From: an uncultured Acidimicrobiales bacterium
GTDB lineage: Bacteria > Actinomycetota > Acidimicrobiia > Acidimicrobiales > UBA10347
NCBI GenBank assembly: GCA_943788915.1
Contig: CALSSD010000007.1
Span: 62,001 to 126,000, forward strand
Reading direction: 5' to 3'
Length of the DNA stretch: 64,000 bases
In this document: one piece after another, positions 9,719 through 20,898 of the stretch
How positions within the stretch are numbered: position 1 is the stretch's first letter
How the letters are laid out: each line of letters begins with the position of its first letter
Notes under the pieces: generated by a model
The model's input: only the letters and a program-made list of their open reading frames with translations
Told to the model about the DNA's origin: nothing
Database searches by the model: none
Program-made: the position numbers and the translations under genes

Positions 9719-10580
9719 GCACTGATTCGCGCCACGTATTGGTGGCCTCTACCTGGTTGAAGGTGAAGACATGCATGCCGGTCACCCCTAGATCGAGCAA
9801 GTCGCTGCTGAGCGGCAGCAACAGGTCGTTGGGGTCATAGGAGATCGTGGTCATCATCTTGACGACCGCACCCACGTTCTTGCGCAGGTATTTCAACGAG
9901 TCTCCAATGCCCAATCGTGCGCCCATCGTCAGCAACTTCGCCTTGTCGACCACCCCAGAGATACCCAGATGCACGGGAAGGGTGAGCCCCATCTCGCGTT
10001 CGACACGAAGCCATTTGGCGATGGCATCGGGGTCAAAACACATCTGGGTGCTGCAGTAACCGTTCACACCCGCTTCGGCCAGAAGACGCTGTTTCTCATG
10101 CAGCGCCCACCGAAGTGTTTTGTGAGACAGGAACGCATGGCCGTCGGGATAGGCGGTAACACCAATGGTGTCGATGCCATGGTTTGTGGTCAGGAAGTCA
10201 GCCAAGAACTCGACCGCTCCCGGGTACTCGCCAGGCACTTCAGCATCGCCGCCAACGATGAAGATCTGCCTCAGGCCAAGCTCCCGACACCACTCGGCGA
10301 GCTCGACGGTGTGGGTGTGGTCGCGCACCATACGAGCAGATACATGCGGGATAGGCACGAAACCTTGGCTCTGCAGTTCGGCGGTGAGTCGCTGGGTCTC
10401 TTCGATGCCTTTGGTCGGCGAACACGTGACCGAGACTTCGGCACCAGCCGGAAGCGCTTGCACCGCAGCGTCCAGGCTCTTCAGCGGCACCAGCTCAAAA
10501 GTGAGCTCGTCGATGAGTGTCACCCGATGCGCTTTCGCTTCGGGCGATTCGTCGTACTTCTTCGTTCCAAACACTGCCAT
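9708..10580 (-). CDS. metF: Methylenetetrahydrofolate reductase (divergent type)
   Basis: VSVTCSP, PHVSAR, IVGGD, AYPDGH, TQMCFD motifs; directly downstream of fhs. Confidence 0.82.
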   Translation of the reverse strand: MAVFGTKKYDESPEAKAHRVTLIDELTFELVPLKSLDAAVQALPAGAEVSVTCSPTKGIEETQRLTAELQSQGFVPIPHVSARMVRDHTHTVELAEWCRELGLRQIFIVGGDAEVPGEYPGAVEFLADFLTTNHGIDTIGVTAYPDGHAFLSHKTLRWALHEKQRLLAEAGVNGYCSTQMCFDPDAIAKWLRVEREMGLTLPVHLGISGVVDKAKLLTMGARLGIGDSLKYLRKNVGAVVKMMTTISYDPNDLLLPLSSDLLDLGVTGMHVFTFNQVEATNTWRESVLSS

Positions 10581-10599
10581 GAGAATATGTTCTTTCGAG

Positions 10600-12297
<1,698 letters not shown>

Positions 12298-12483
12298 TGG
12301 CGCCCCCTTGGCTGCTGAAGTCAGACACTACCATGTCGTTCCGCATTGTGGTTTCGTTCCACCATACGGAACCATCGAGTACCCGTTGTGACTCATCTCG
12401 GTTCTCGTTGTGTCGCTCCTGTGGCCGGTAGCACAACGTTCACGAACACACTGCCCAGAGTGTTCGTGCGCGACTATGTACAG

Positions 12484-13206
12484 GTGCCCAGTCTGTATCC
12501 CGATGCTGTTACTGCCGAATCGATCAGACGTTTCACGTCTTTGCTCGCCGACGCATCCAGAGATGCCAACCCCCGCACATCTGTCCCCACTTGCGGAGAC
12601 TGGACGCTCGATGATCTGCTGTGGCACCTCACCGAGGTGCAGGACTTCTGGACGTTTGTCATCGCGACCCGACCGAACCCACCCAAGGACTACGAGCAGC
12701 CAGAGCGCACTTCGGGACGACGCCTTATCGCCGTGCTACGACACGCTGCTACCGGACTAGCAGAGGCACTCGACAATGCTGGCGCCAATGAACCAGCATG
12801 GAGTTGGGCTGACGAGCAAACGGTTGGTTTCACCATTCGTCGTCAAACCCACGAGGCCCTGATCCATTGCATCGACGGGTTTCTCGCTCTCAATCTGTCC
12901 TTGCCCCGGGTGTCCGCTGAGCTCGTCGCCGACGGCATCGACGAGATCGTGCACGTGTTTTTGCAACCGAACGCCGATGATGTCGATGACGATCCAAAGA
13001 CCTTCGGCACGATCACGATTCACGCCACGGACACCCACGATCGTTGGACAATCAACATGGGTGAGGGCGATTGCACGATCGCTGGCGCAGCATTGCACCT
13101 GAACCTATGGCTTTGGGGCCGGGGGCGGACATGGCCGCTTACCGTCAGTGGTGCAGCCGAGCAGGCCGATCTACTCCGCGCCGAAATAGCCAGCAAGACC
13201 AACTAA
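12484..13206 (+). CDS. Mycothiol-dependent maleylpyruvate isomerase (MDMPI) family protein
   Basis: VPTCGDWTLDDLLWHL and RRQTHEALIH motifs. Start uncertain (GTG 12484 chosen). Confidence 0.8.
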   Translation: MPSLYPDAVTAESIRRFTSLLADASRDANPRTSVPTCGDWTLDDLLWHLTEVQDFWTFVIATRPNPPKDYEQPERTSGRRLIAVLRHAATGLAEALDNAGANEPAWSWADEQTVGFTIRRQTHEALIHCIDGFLALNLSLPRVSAELVADGIDEIVHVFLQPNADDVDDDPKTFGTITIHATDTHDRWTINMGEGDCTIAGAALHLNLWLWGRGRTWPLTVSGAAEQADLLRAEIASKTN

Positions 13207-13288
13207 CTCGAACCATTGCAGCGACGGGGGCGTCGACCTCGCGCCGGATCTCAAAGTCGTGATCTCGTGCGGCGAGATCACCAGTGGG

Positions 13289-14209
13289 TCAATAGCCGAG
13301 CGAACGATCGAGCAACGGGAATGGCTCTTGACCGGCTCGCAGCCGGGCGATGTTTGCCGCGATAAGTGTCGCTGCACTACCCACCTGAGTCATGCCCGAG
13401 ATATGTGGCGTAAGGGTCACAGCCGGGTGTGTCCATAACGGCGAATCGTCGGCTGGGGGCTCCGGCTCGGTGACATCTAGCACCGCAGCCGCGATCGGCC
13501 CATTGTTGAGCGCCTCAATCAAGTCGCCTTCGTCAGCCAACACGGTCCCTCGGCCGACGTTCACGAAGATGGAGCCAGGAACGAACTGCGCAAGACGCTC
13601 AGAGGTCAACAAACCTGCTGTTGCATCGGTGCTCGGCAACACGTTGATGACCGCATCGCTGTTACCAAGGAAGTCCTCGAGTTCATCGTGGCCGGCATAG
13701 TGCGTAACGCGTTCTTCGTCTCGGCCCGATCGAGTCCAAGCATTCACAACATAACCAAGGTCGCCGAACGCCCGACTGATCCGCGACCCGATCTCGCCAT
13801 AACCGAGAACGCCTACTCGGTACTTGTACGGCTGGGTGTGCTCAAGCACCTTCCACTCGCCGCGATGTTGTGCAGACTCGAGTTCGCTGAACCTGCGTTG
13901 GTGACGCAACACCCATGCGACCGCATACCCAGCCATCTCGTTGGCCATCTCCGGATCTGCAAGCCGCACAACCGGCACATCGATGCCGGGCTTCTGCCAC
14001 TGCTCGGTACCGGCGCCCTGACACAAGATGCATTGCAGGTTCGGAAGCGTCGCTAGGTCCGCTCGGCTCATACGCCAGGCGATCATGTACTCGATCTCGG
14101 CGGGATCACCGACCTCGGGCCACACACGCAGATCCTCGTTTGGCATCTGCGCCCGCAACTCAGCTGCCCACTCTTCTATTCGACTCGAAGGACTCACCAG
14201 AATTGCCAC
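13289..14209 (-). CDS. Glyoxylate/hydroxypyruvate reductase A-like 2-hydroxyacid dehydrogenase
   Basis: VGVLGYGEIG, NVGRG, LDVTEPEP, TPHIS. Confidence 0.9.
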   Translation of the reverse strand: MAILVSPSSRIEEWAAELRAQMPNEDLRVWPEVGDPAEIEYMIAWRMSRADLATLPNLQCILCQGAGTEQWQKPGIDVPVVRLADPEMANEMAGYAVAWVLRHQRRFSELESAQHRGEWKVLEHTQPYKYRVGVLGYGEIGSRISRAFGDLGYVVNAWTRSGRDEERVTHYAGHDELEDFLGNSDAVINVLPSTDATAGLLTSERLAQFVPGSIFVNVGRGTVLADEGDLIEALNNGPIAAAVLDVTEPEPPADDSPLWTHPAVTLTPHISGMTQVGSAATLIAANIARLRAGQEPFPLLDRSLGY

Positions 14210-14379
14210 CCGCAGAAACCTACCGCCATGCCCACAACGAACCGGTGTGGGGACGACGCGTTAGCGGCTGGTTCGTTGAGACGTGCGCCGGAGCGGCTGT
14301 GTTGGCGACCCGAGTCGAGGTATTGCCCGAATAACAGGCCGAAGAGTGCGTGAGTCACGCCGTCAACTACGTTGGCGAT

Positions 14380-15132
14380 ATGACGGACGCACTCTTCGAT
14401 TTTTCCGACCAAGTTGTAGTAATCACCGGTGGCAGCCGGGGTATGGGCCGCTCGATGGCTCTGGCCTTTGCAGAGCGAGGCGCCAACATTGTGGTGGCAA
14501 GCCGCAAGATCGAGGCGTGTGAAGCTGTCGCTCGTGAAGTCGAGGCGCTTGGGCGCCAGGCGCTCCCGGTCGCCTGTCATGTCGCGAATTGGGACGACGT
14601 CGGCCGACTCGTCGACGCCGCCTACGAACGCTTCGGCAAGATCGATGTGCTCATCAACAACGCTGGCATGTCACCGCTGTACAAGAAAGTCAGTGATGTC
14701 ACCGAGGAACTCTTCGACAAGGTCGTCGGTGTCAACCTCAAAGGCCCGTATCGGCTCATGGCCTTGGTCGGTGAACGGATGGTTGAAGCCGGCAGCGGCA
14801 GCATCATTAATGTCAGCAGCACCGCCTCGGAGCAGCCCACACCACATGCTGAGCCATACGCCGCGTCCAAGTCGGGCCTGAACAGCCTGTCGCGGTCCTT
14901 CGCCCACGCTTTCGGGCCAACTGTGCGAGTCAACACGATTATCCCTGGGCCGTTCCTGACCGACATTTCGAAGGCATGGGACCTCGAGGCGTTCGAGAAG
15001 ATTGCCAAGGAACAGTACGCGCTTGAGCGTGGTGGTCAGCCAGATGAGATCGTTGGTGCCGCTCTCTACCTGGCCGGGCCGGCCAGCACGTTTACCACCG
15101 CGGCCGAGATTCGCGTCGACGGCGGCACCTGA
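14380..15132 (+). CDS. Short-chain dehydrogenase/reductase
   Basis: TGGSRGMG, NNAG, YAASK. Confidence 0.93.
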   Translation: MTDALFDFSDQVVVITGGSRGMGRSMALAFAERGANIVVASRKIEACEAVAREVEALGRQALPVACHVANWDDVGRLVDAAYERFGKIDVLINNAGMSPLYKKVSDVTEELFDKVVGVNLKGPYRLMALVGERMVEAGSGSIINVSSTASEQPTPHAEPYAASKSGLNSLSRSFAHAFGPTVRVNTIIPGPFLTDISKAWDLEAFEKIAKEQYALERGGQPDEIVGAALYLAGPASTFTTAAEIRVDGGT

Positions 15133-15134
15133 GT

Positions 15135-15178
15135 CCAGACCACATTTCAGCCGGGTCCCAGACCACATTTCAGCCGGG
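15135..15178. repeat. Tandem duplication of 21 bp (23-bp period)
   Basis: ccagaccacatttcagccggg at 15135-15155 and 15158-15178. Confidence 0.9.
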
Positions 15179-15206
15179 CCATTGTCTAGGGCAGCGCCCT
15201 GTCCCG

Positions 15207-16148
15207 TTAGATGGGGCGGTCGCCCTTGATGGTGATGCGGCGCAGCACCCGCTCGTGGGGGTAGTAGTCACTCGCCGCATAATGCTGCACCGCCCGATTG
15301 TCCCAGAAGGCAATCGACCCTGGCTCCCACGAGAACCGGCAGGTGTATTCGGGCCGGCCATGCTGTGCGAGCAGCTTGGTCACGGTCTTCTTCGACTCGA
15401 CAGCATCGAGTGCTTCCCCGGTGGTGGCATTAAAAAGTGAATCATGGCGTAGAAAGCCACCATGTATGTAGAGCGCTCGTTTACCGGTCTCCGGATGGGT
15501 GCGGACTAGCGGGTGATCGACACCAAACGGCCAGTCCGGCAATGGTTCTCGGCTGAAAATGCGATAGTCATTCATGCCGTGGAGATGTTCAATGCGTTGC
15601 TGCATCTCTTCGGTCAGCCCGAGATACGCAGCATGACTGTCGGAGAACAACGTGTCACCGCCAAAGGGTGGCACGACCAAACACTGAGCGATCGATCCGA
15701 GTGAAGGGCATGTCATCCACGTGACATCGGTGTGCCACCCATTTTCTCGACCTGGACTTTGTGGGCCATGTTCGATGTGCAGCACATGCGGATCCGCACC
15801 TGGTTTGCCGAACGGGAAGGCGTCGAGTTCACCGAACTGCTGTGCGAAGGCAACGTGCTGGTCTTGGTCTAGATGCTGTTCGCGAAAGAACATCACCTTG
15901 CGCTCGAGCAGCGTGTCGCGCAGCAGTCTGGTGAGCTCTGCCGAGGGCGCTACCCGCAGATCAACGTTGTGCACCACCGTGCCGAGCGTCAACCCCAGAT
16001 GCTCAAACTCGATGCCAGCAGCATCGGCCCGCTCCTGCAACAAATCAGACACCGGCTGGTTGCCCATACGTTCATATTCCAGGTGGACACCAAGCGCGGT
16101 GCGATCAAACGGCAGCAGGAGATCGTCGAGCGCATAGGTGTCGGTCAT
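15207..16148 (-). CDS. TauD/TfdA family 2OG-Fe(II) dioxygenase
   Basis: WHTDVTW, GGDTLF, HPLVRTHPETG, WDNRAVQHYA. Confidence 0.93.
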   Translation of the reverse strand: MTDTYALDDLLLPFDRTALGVHLEYERMGNQPVSDLLQERADAAGIEFEHLGLTLGTVVHNVDLRVAPSAELTRLLRDTLLERKVMFFREQHLDQDQHVAFAQQFGELDAFPFGKPGADPHVLHIEHGPQSPGRENGWHTDVTWMTCPSLGSIAQCLVVPPFGGDTLFSDSHAAYLGLTEEMQQRIEHLHGMNDYRIFSREPLPDWPFGVDHPLVRTHPETGKRALYIHGGFLRHDSLFNATTGEALDAVESKKTVTKLLAQHGRPEYTCRFSWEPGSIAFWDNRAVQHYAASDYYPHERVLRRITIKGDRPI

Positions 16149-16150
16149 GG

Positions 16151-17407
16151 TTAGTTCCCTTTGCCAACATCTCGGAATGGCATGCCCCGATCGACTGCTG
16201 GTTCCTTCGGGAGCCCGAGCATGTTCTCGCCCAGGATGTTGTGTTGAATCTCGTCGGTACCGCCAGCAATCGACTGGGCCGGGGTGGACACCAGCACCTC
16301 GGCGATCACTGCATCGATAGGGTCATCGGTTTCCTTCAACATCGCGGTTGCGCCGGAGATCATGCTGTGGACATGGTTGCAGCGGCGGGCGATCTCAGAC
16401 ACCGCCAGCTTGCCGATGGACCCCTCGGACCCTGGTGGCCGACCGAGTGCGCGGGCCGCTCGGGCTCGGCCAGCTGTCCACTCGGATGCCCGCTGGAAGC
16501 TGATGAGTTTCATCATCTCTTGGCGAAGCACCGGATCGTTTGTCTTGCCCATGGCTTGGGCTCGTTCAATCACAAGATCGGCCCTACCCATGCGTTGTGG
16601 ATACCACTCATAGGTCTTCAGGTACTCGGCGGCCTCGACCTTGGCCTCGTCGATCACCCTTCCAGCGACTTCAGGCTTGAAGTACACGGACCGATCACTT
16701 GAGAAACGGCGCTCGTGGGCCAGCGTGCCTCGCGCGACCTTCCAGCCCTCGCCCAACTCGCCAACCATGTTCTCGTTTGGCACCCGAGCATCGGTCAGGA
16801 AGACTTCGTTGAACGAGTTGTAGTAGTTCATCTGCTCGATGGGTCGCACCTCGATACCGGGTTGGTGCATGTCGATCACGAAATACGACAGGCCGCCGTG
16901 TTTGACCGCATCCCAGTCGGTGCGGGCGACCAGAATGCCCATATCGGCATGGTCGGCGCTGGTGTTCCAAACCTTCTGACCGTTCACGACCCATTCGTCG
17001 CCGTCTCGAACAGCCGACGTTTTGAGCCCGGCCAGGTCGGACCCGGCCACTGGTTCGGAGAACAACTGGCACCATGCCAATTCGCCGGTCAGGGTGCGGC
17101 GGAGGAACTTGTGTTTGACGTCGTCGGAACCGTGGTCGTACATGGTGGGAGCGGCGAGACCCATGCCACCACCGAGCGGCACCGAGACGCCTCCGGCTTT
17201 GCGAATGGTGTGATGGGCGACCCGGTCAGCCCACACCGGCAAGTCTCGACCAAACCAGTCCGACGACCACGACGGCACCGCCCAGCCGGAATCGACCAGA
17301 CGTGTCCGCCACGCGACCAATGACAGATCAGGGTCCCATGCCTCGGTGAACCATGCCAGCACCTGGCCTGCTACATCGTCCTCGGTCAGCGTCTCGTTCC
17401 GTGCCAT
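16151..17407 (-). CDS. Acyl-CoA dehydrogenase family protein
   Basis: WCQLFSEPVAGSDLA, NGQKVW, FNEVFL, IAGGTDEIQ. Confidence 0.93.
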   Translation of the reverse strand: MARNETLTEDDVAGQVLAWFTEAWDPDLSLVAWRTRLVDSGWAVPSWSSDWFGRDLPVWADRVAHHTIRKAGGVSVPLGGGMGLAAPTMYDHGSDDVKHKFLRRTLTGELAWCQLFSEPVAGSDLAGLKTSAVRDGDEWVVNGQKVWNTSADHADMGILVARTDWDAVKHGGLSYFVIDMHQPGIEVRPIEQMNYYNSFNEVFLTDARVPNENMVGELGEGWKVARGTLAHERRFSSDRSVYFKPEVAGRVIDEAKVEAAEYLKTYEWYPQRMGRADLVIERAQAMGKTNDPVLRQEMMKLISFQRASEWTAGRARAARALGRPPGSEGSIGKLAVSEIARRCNHVHSMISGATAMLKETDDPIDAVIAEVLVSTPAQSIAGGTDEIQHNILGENMLGLPKEPAVDRGMPFRDVGKGN

Positions 17408-17537
17408 GTGGTCGACACTAATTCGTGCTCCCGAGTCAGGGTGAGCCGACGACCTGTCGGATTCTGAGCTGTGTTGTGGTTACCGAGTGACCACAACACG
17501 ACCCAAGATTGCACCAGGCGGGTTGGCAGAGGCGGGG

Positions 17538-18371
17538 TCAACGCAGTGCGGCGGCGAGTGGTGCCAGGCGACTGGCGTCCATGGGGCCGCGCATGGACCA
17601 GACCACGATGTCGACTCCGGCATCGAAGAAGCTCGCTGCTTGGTCGTTCAACGTTCCGGGGTCGCTGTCGGGATCGAAACCGAGGTGGATCGAACGGGAG
17701 ATCTCGGATTGATCACGTCCGACTCGTTCGCAGTGCTCACGCAATACGCAATCGAGTTCGAGCCATGCAGCCGGATCCTCAGGAAACGTCATGTCCCATT
17801 GGTCAGCGAAGCGGGCCACCGTGCGCAACGTACGCACCCGACCCTTGCCCCCGATCACGATGGGTAGTTTGGCTTGCACCGGTTTGGGTTCGCACCAAGC
17901 TTGGGTCAATTCGTAGTAGCTGCCGGAGAAGTTGGTTTCGCGATTGCCAAGCAGTGAAACGATGACTTCCATACCTTCCTCGAAACGATCCGACCGTTCA
18001 CGCAACGTGCCGAGCGGCATGCCATAAGCGTCGGATTCCTGGAAGTTCCAGCCAGCGCCCATACCCAGCTCAAATCTGCCGTCCGAGATGTGATCGAGCG
18101 TGGCTGCCATGTTTGCCGTGACCGCAGGGTGACGATGATGCATGCCGTTGACCATCGCACCAATGCGCAATCGGGTCGTAGCTTGGGCCAGTGCGCCGAG
18201 CATGGTCCAGCCTTCGAGATTTGGACCATCGAATGGTTCGGCCAATGGGTAAAAGTGATCCCAATTCCACGCCGACTCGAAGACCTCGAGCTGGTCGGCT
18301 TCCTTCCACACATCGAGGAACTCAGTCCACGTTGCGTGGTGCGGTGGTGTCTTTATGGCGTGGCGTCCCAT
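17538..18371 (-). CDS. LLM-class F420-dependent oxidoreductase
   Basis: WNWDHFYP, LEGWTML, DHISDGRFELGMGAGW, IVIGG.G. Start reset to ATG 18371. Confidence 0.88.
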   Translation of the reverse strand: MGRHAIKTPPHHATWTEFLDVWKEADQLEVFESAWNWDHFYPLAEPFDGPNLEGWTMLGALAQATTRLRIGAMVNGMHHRHPAVTANMAATLDHISDGRFELGMGAGWNFQESDAYGMPLGTLRERSDRFEEGMEVIVSLLGNRETNFSGSYYELTQAWCEPKPVQAKLPIVIGGKGRVRTLRTVARFADQWDMTFPEDPAAWLELDCVLREHCERVGRDQSEISRSIHLGFDPDSDPGTLNDQAASFFDAGVDIVVWSMRGPMDASRLAPLAAALR

Positions 18372-18487
18372 GGTGAGTTTCCGATCGATCGAAGGAAGTG
18401 TCCTTGCCGCCGACGTTAGCCGTCCCGAACTTGCCAATCGCTCGCAGTTTTGATGCCATCACCCGGAGGCCTACTAGTTTCAGGCGC

Positions 18488-18871
18488 ATGATCAAAGATC
18501 GTGTAAAGGCCCTGGCCCAGGCAAAGAACTTCGCTGCGTTGACCACGATGATGCCCAGTGGCCAACCCCAGACCCAGGTCATGTGGGTTCACTGCGACGA
18601 CGAACACATCCTGATCAACACCGAGGTACATCGCCGCAAGTTCAAGAATGTCGAACTCGATCCCCGAGTCACGGTGATGATCTGGGACAACGAAAACCCC
18701 TACGTGTTCGCGGAAGTTCGGGGCCGGGTGGTCGAAACAATCACCGGTGATGCCGCAGTAACGAGCATCAATGCCCTGGCGCAGAAGTACACGGGCAAGG
18801 ATTACGCGCCCCAGATCGAGTCCGAGCGAGTCGTCCTCAAAATCGCTCCCGAACGACAGCTCGTTCGTTAG
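18488..18871 (+). CDS. PPOX-class F420-dependent oxidoreductase
   Basis: TMMPSGQPQTQVMW, K.KNV..DPRV, EVRG. Confidence 0.85.
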   Translation: MIKDRVKALAQAKNFAALTTMMPSGQPQTQVMWVHCDDEHILINTEVHRRKFKNVELDPRVTVMIWDNENPYVFAEVRGRVVETITGDAAVTSINALAQKYTGKDYAPQIESERVVLKIAPERQLVR

Positions 18872-18874
18872 CCG

Positions 18875-19729
18875 TCAGCTTCCAAGGGTCGTGGTGTGTA
18901 GGTCGTCGGCCACGATGATCTCGCCTTCATAGCCGCCACTGCGTACATCGTCGATGAAGAGTTGTTTGTCCGCCTCGGTCTTTGGCACGGGGATGAGGTG
19001 GGTCAGGATGAGTGTGGGAACGGCCAACTCGGCAGCCTGTTTGCCAATCAACGGTGTGTCCGCGTGATAGTCCCGGACATACCGGCGAGCAGGCGGCAGG
19101 TCATCGAAGAACGAGAATCGCATGGCCTCGTACACCAAGACGTCGACTCCTGCGGCGAGCTGAGCGACCTCGTCGCACACCCGTGTGTCACCCGTGATAG
19201 CTACTGAGCCATCAGGCGTGTCGATGCGATACCCGACTGCGCCTTCGACCGGCTCATGACGAACCTGCATGGCTGAGACGACCACGTCGCCGTTTCGCCA
19301 TACCTCGGTTGGTGCGTCGGGCACGTCGAACGCGATCAGGTCTATAGCTGGCCGACTGTTGCGCCTGGCGTGTTCACGGCGCACCTCAATGTCGTCTTCC
19401 CAGCCGTCGAGCATGCTGGCCACAAACTTTGCGGTCGAACCAGCGGGCGCGATTACCGGCAGAGCGGGAACGCTGTCGGTCCGGTCCATTGTCCAATGTG
19501 TGAGTACGACGTCGTACAGGCCGGAGACATGGTCGCTGTGATAATGGGTCAAGAAGACAGCGCCCAGATCTGGTACCCATACGTCGGCGCCAGCGAGTCG
19601 CTGCACCGTGGACCGGCCAACGTCAAACTGCATGGTGAGGTCGTCATGCCGCAGCAGCACGCCAGGGCCCGCTCGATCCGCATCGGGAATCGGACAGCCG
19701 GTGCCGGTGATTGTTACCGAAGTACTCAT
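18875..19729 (-). CDS. MBL-fold hydrolase, RNase Z/AtsA-like (paralog 2)
   Basis: ITGTGCP, THYHSDH, GDT, YHAD, LTHL. Confidence 0.88.
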   Translation of the reverse strand: MSTSVTITGTGCPIPDADRAGPGVLLRHDDLTMQFDVGRSTVQRLAGADVWVPDLGAVFLTHYHSDHVSGLYDVVLTHWTMDRTDSVPALPVIAPAGSTAKFVASMLDGWEDDIEVRREHARRNSRPAIDLIAFDVPDAPTEVWRNGDVVVSAMQVRHEPVEGAVGYRIDTPDGSVAITGDTRVCDEVAQLAAGVDVLVYEAMRFSFFDDLPPARRYVRDYHADTPLIGKQAAELAVPTLILTHLIPVPKTEADKQLFIDDVRSGGYEGEIIVADDLHTTTLGS

Positions 19730-20592
19730 ACTGAGCTCCCGTCGCCCAACGTGACCGTGTCGAGGTCGTCGCACACCATAATCTCTCCCCGGTAGCCGCC
19801 TTCGCGGACTTCGTCGATGAAGGCTTGTTTGTCTGCGTTGGTGACCGGCGCAGGGATCAGATGGGTAAGCATCACCGTGGGCACATTGAGCTCAGCCATC
19901 TGCCGGCCGATCTCCCGGGTGTCGGAGTGGTAATGCATGATGTACTGCTTGTCTGGCGGCCGTTGTGCGATCACGTCCATACGCATGGCTTCGTAAACCA
20001 CGACATCGGCGCCGTCGGCCAGGGCTGCGACCTCGTCGCACACGACGGTGTCACCGCTGATCGCCACAACCCCATCGGGTGTTTCGATGCGATACCCCAC
20101 AGCACCTTCGACCGGTTCATGGCGTACCTGGCTCGCGAGAACGCGCACATCACCACTCGACCAGATCTCGACCGGTTTGGGTGGAGCATCAAAACCGATG
20201 ATGTCGACCTTTGGATGCGGCGCCCGATGGTTGTGAAGCGAACGGATCTCCAGATCGTGATCCCAGAGATCGAGCATGCGCTCACAGAATCGAATGGTGG
20301 ATCCGTTCGGCGCCAACAGGGGCAGCCGAGCTGCCTCGTCGTACACGTCCATCGTCCAGTGCGACAACACGAGATCCTGGACCCCCACAACATGGTCTGA
20401 GTGGTAATGCGTGAGGAAAAGCGCAGACAGTTTGGCCGGCGACGAACCGGCGGCCAATAGCCGAGGAACCGTCGCTCGGCCAGCATCGAACTGCAAATGC
20501 ACATCGCCATATCGAACCAACACACCAGCACCAGCGCGGTCGTGGGTGGCCAGCGGTGTTCCCGTGCCAGTGATCGTGACTTGTGTGGTCAT
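19726..20592 (-). CDS. MBL-fold hydrolase, RNase Z/AtsA-like (paralog 1)
   Basis: ITGTGTP, THYHSDH, GDT, YHSD, LTHL; ATGA-coupled to paralog 2. Confidence 0.88.
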   Translation of the reverse strand: MTTQVTITGTGTPLATHDRAGAGVLVRYGDVHLQFDAGRATVPRLLAAGSSPAKLSALFLTHYHSDHVVGVQDLVLSHWTMDVYDEAARLPLLAPNGSTIRFCERMLDLWDHDLEIRSLHNHRAPHPKVDIIGFDAPPKPVEIWSSGDVRVLASQVRHEPVEGAVGYRIETPDGVVAISGDTVVCDEVAALADGADVVVYEAMRMDVIAQRPPDKQYIMHYHSDTREIGRQMAELNVPTVMLTHLIPAPVTNADKQAFIDEVREGGYRGEIMVCDDLDTVTLGDGSSV

Positions 20593-20655
20593 GAGGTTCC
20601 TCGTTGATTCTGGGCTCGAGGTCTACTGCCGTCACCCATCACTACTGCCATTGCC

Positions 20656-20706
20656 TGACACTACAGAACCCTGACACTGCGAAACCATGACACTACAGAA
20701 CCCTGA
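20656..20706. repeat. 16-bp tandem repeat x3 in divergent promoter region
   Basis: tgacactacagaaccc / tgacactgcgaaacca / tgacactacagaaccc / tga. Confidence 0.85.
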
Positions 20707-20898
20707 AAGTCACGTTCCCTGAGGCCACAACATCGTTACAACGACGATGCCGGGTCACAGTGAAGGGCTAGGGACGTCGGAATGATGGGGCTGCGTTGAT
20801 GCTCCCCAGTGTCGCCGGGACCACAGAGAGTCACCATCAGAAGTCCTTCCCGAAGCATCAGAGTAAGGGCGCCTACCCGTGGGTCTACGATCGACGCA

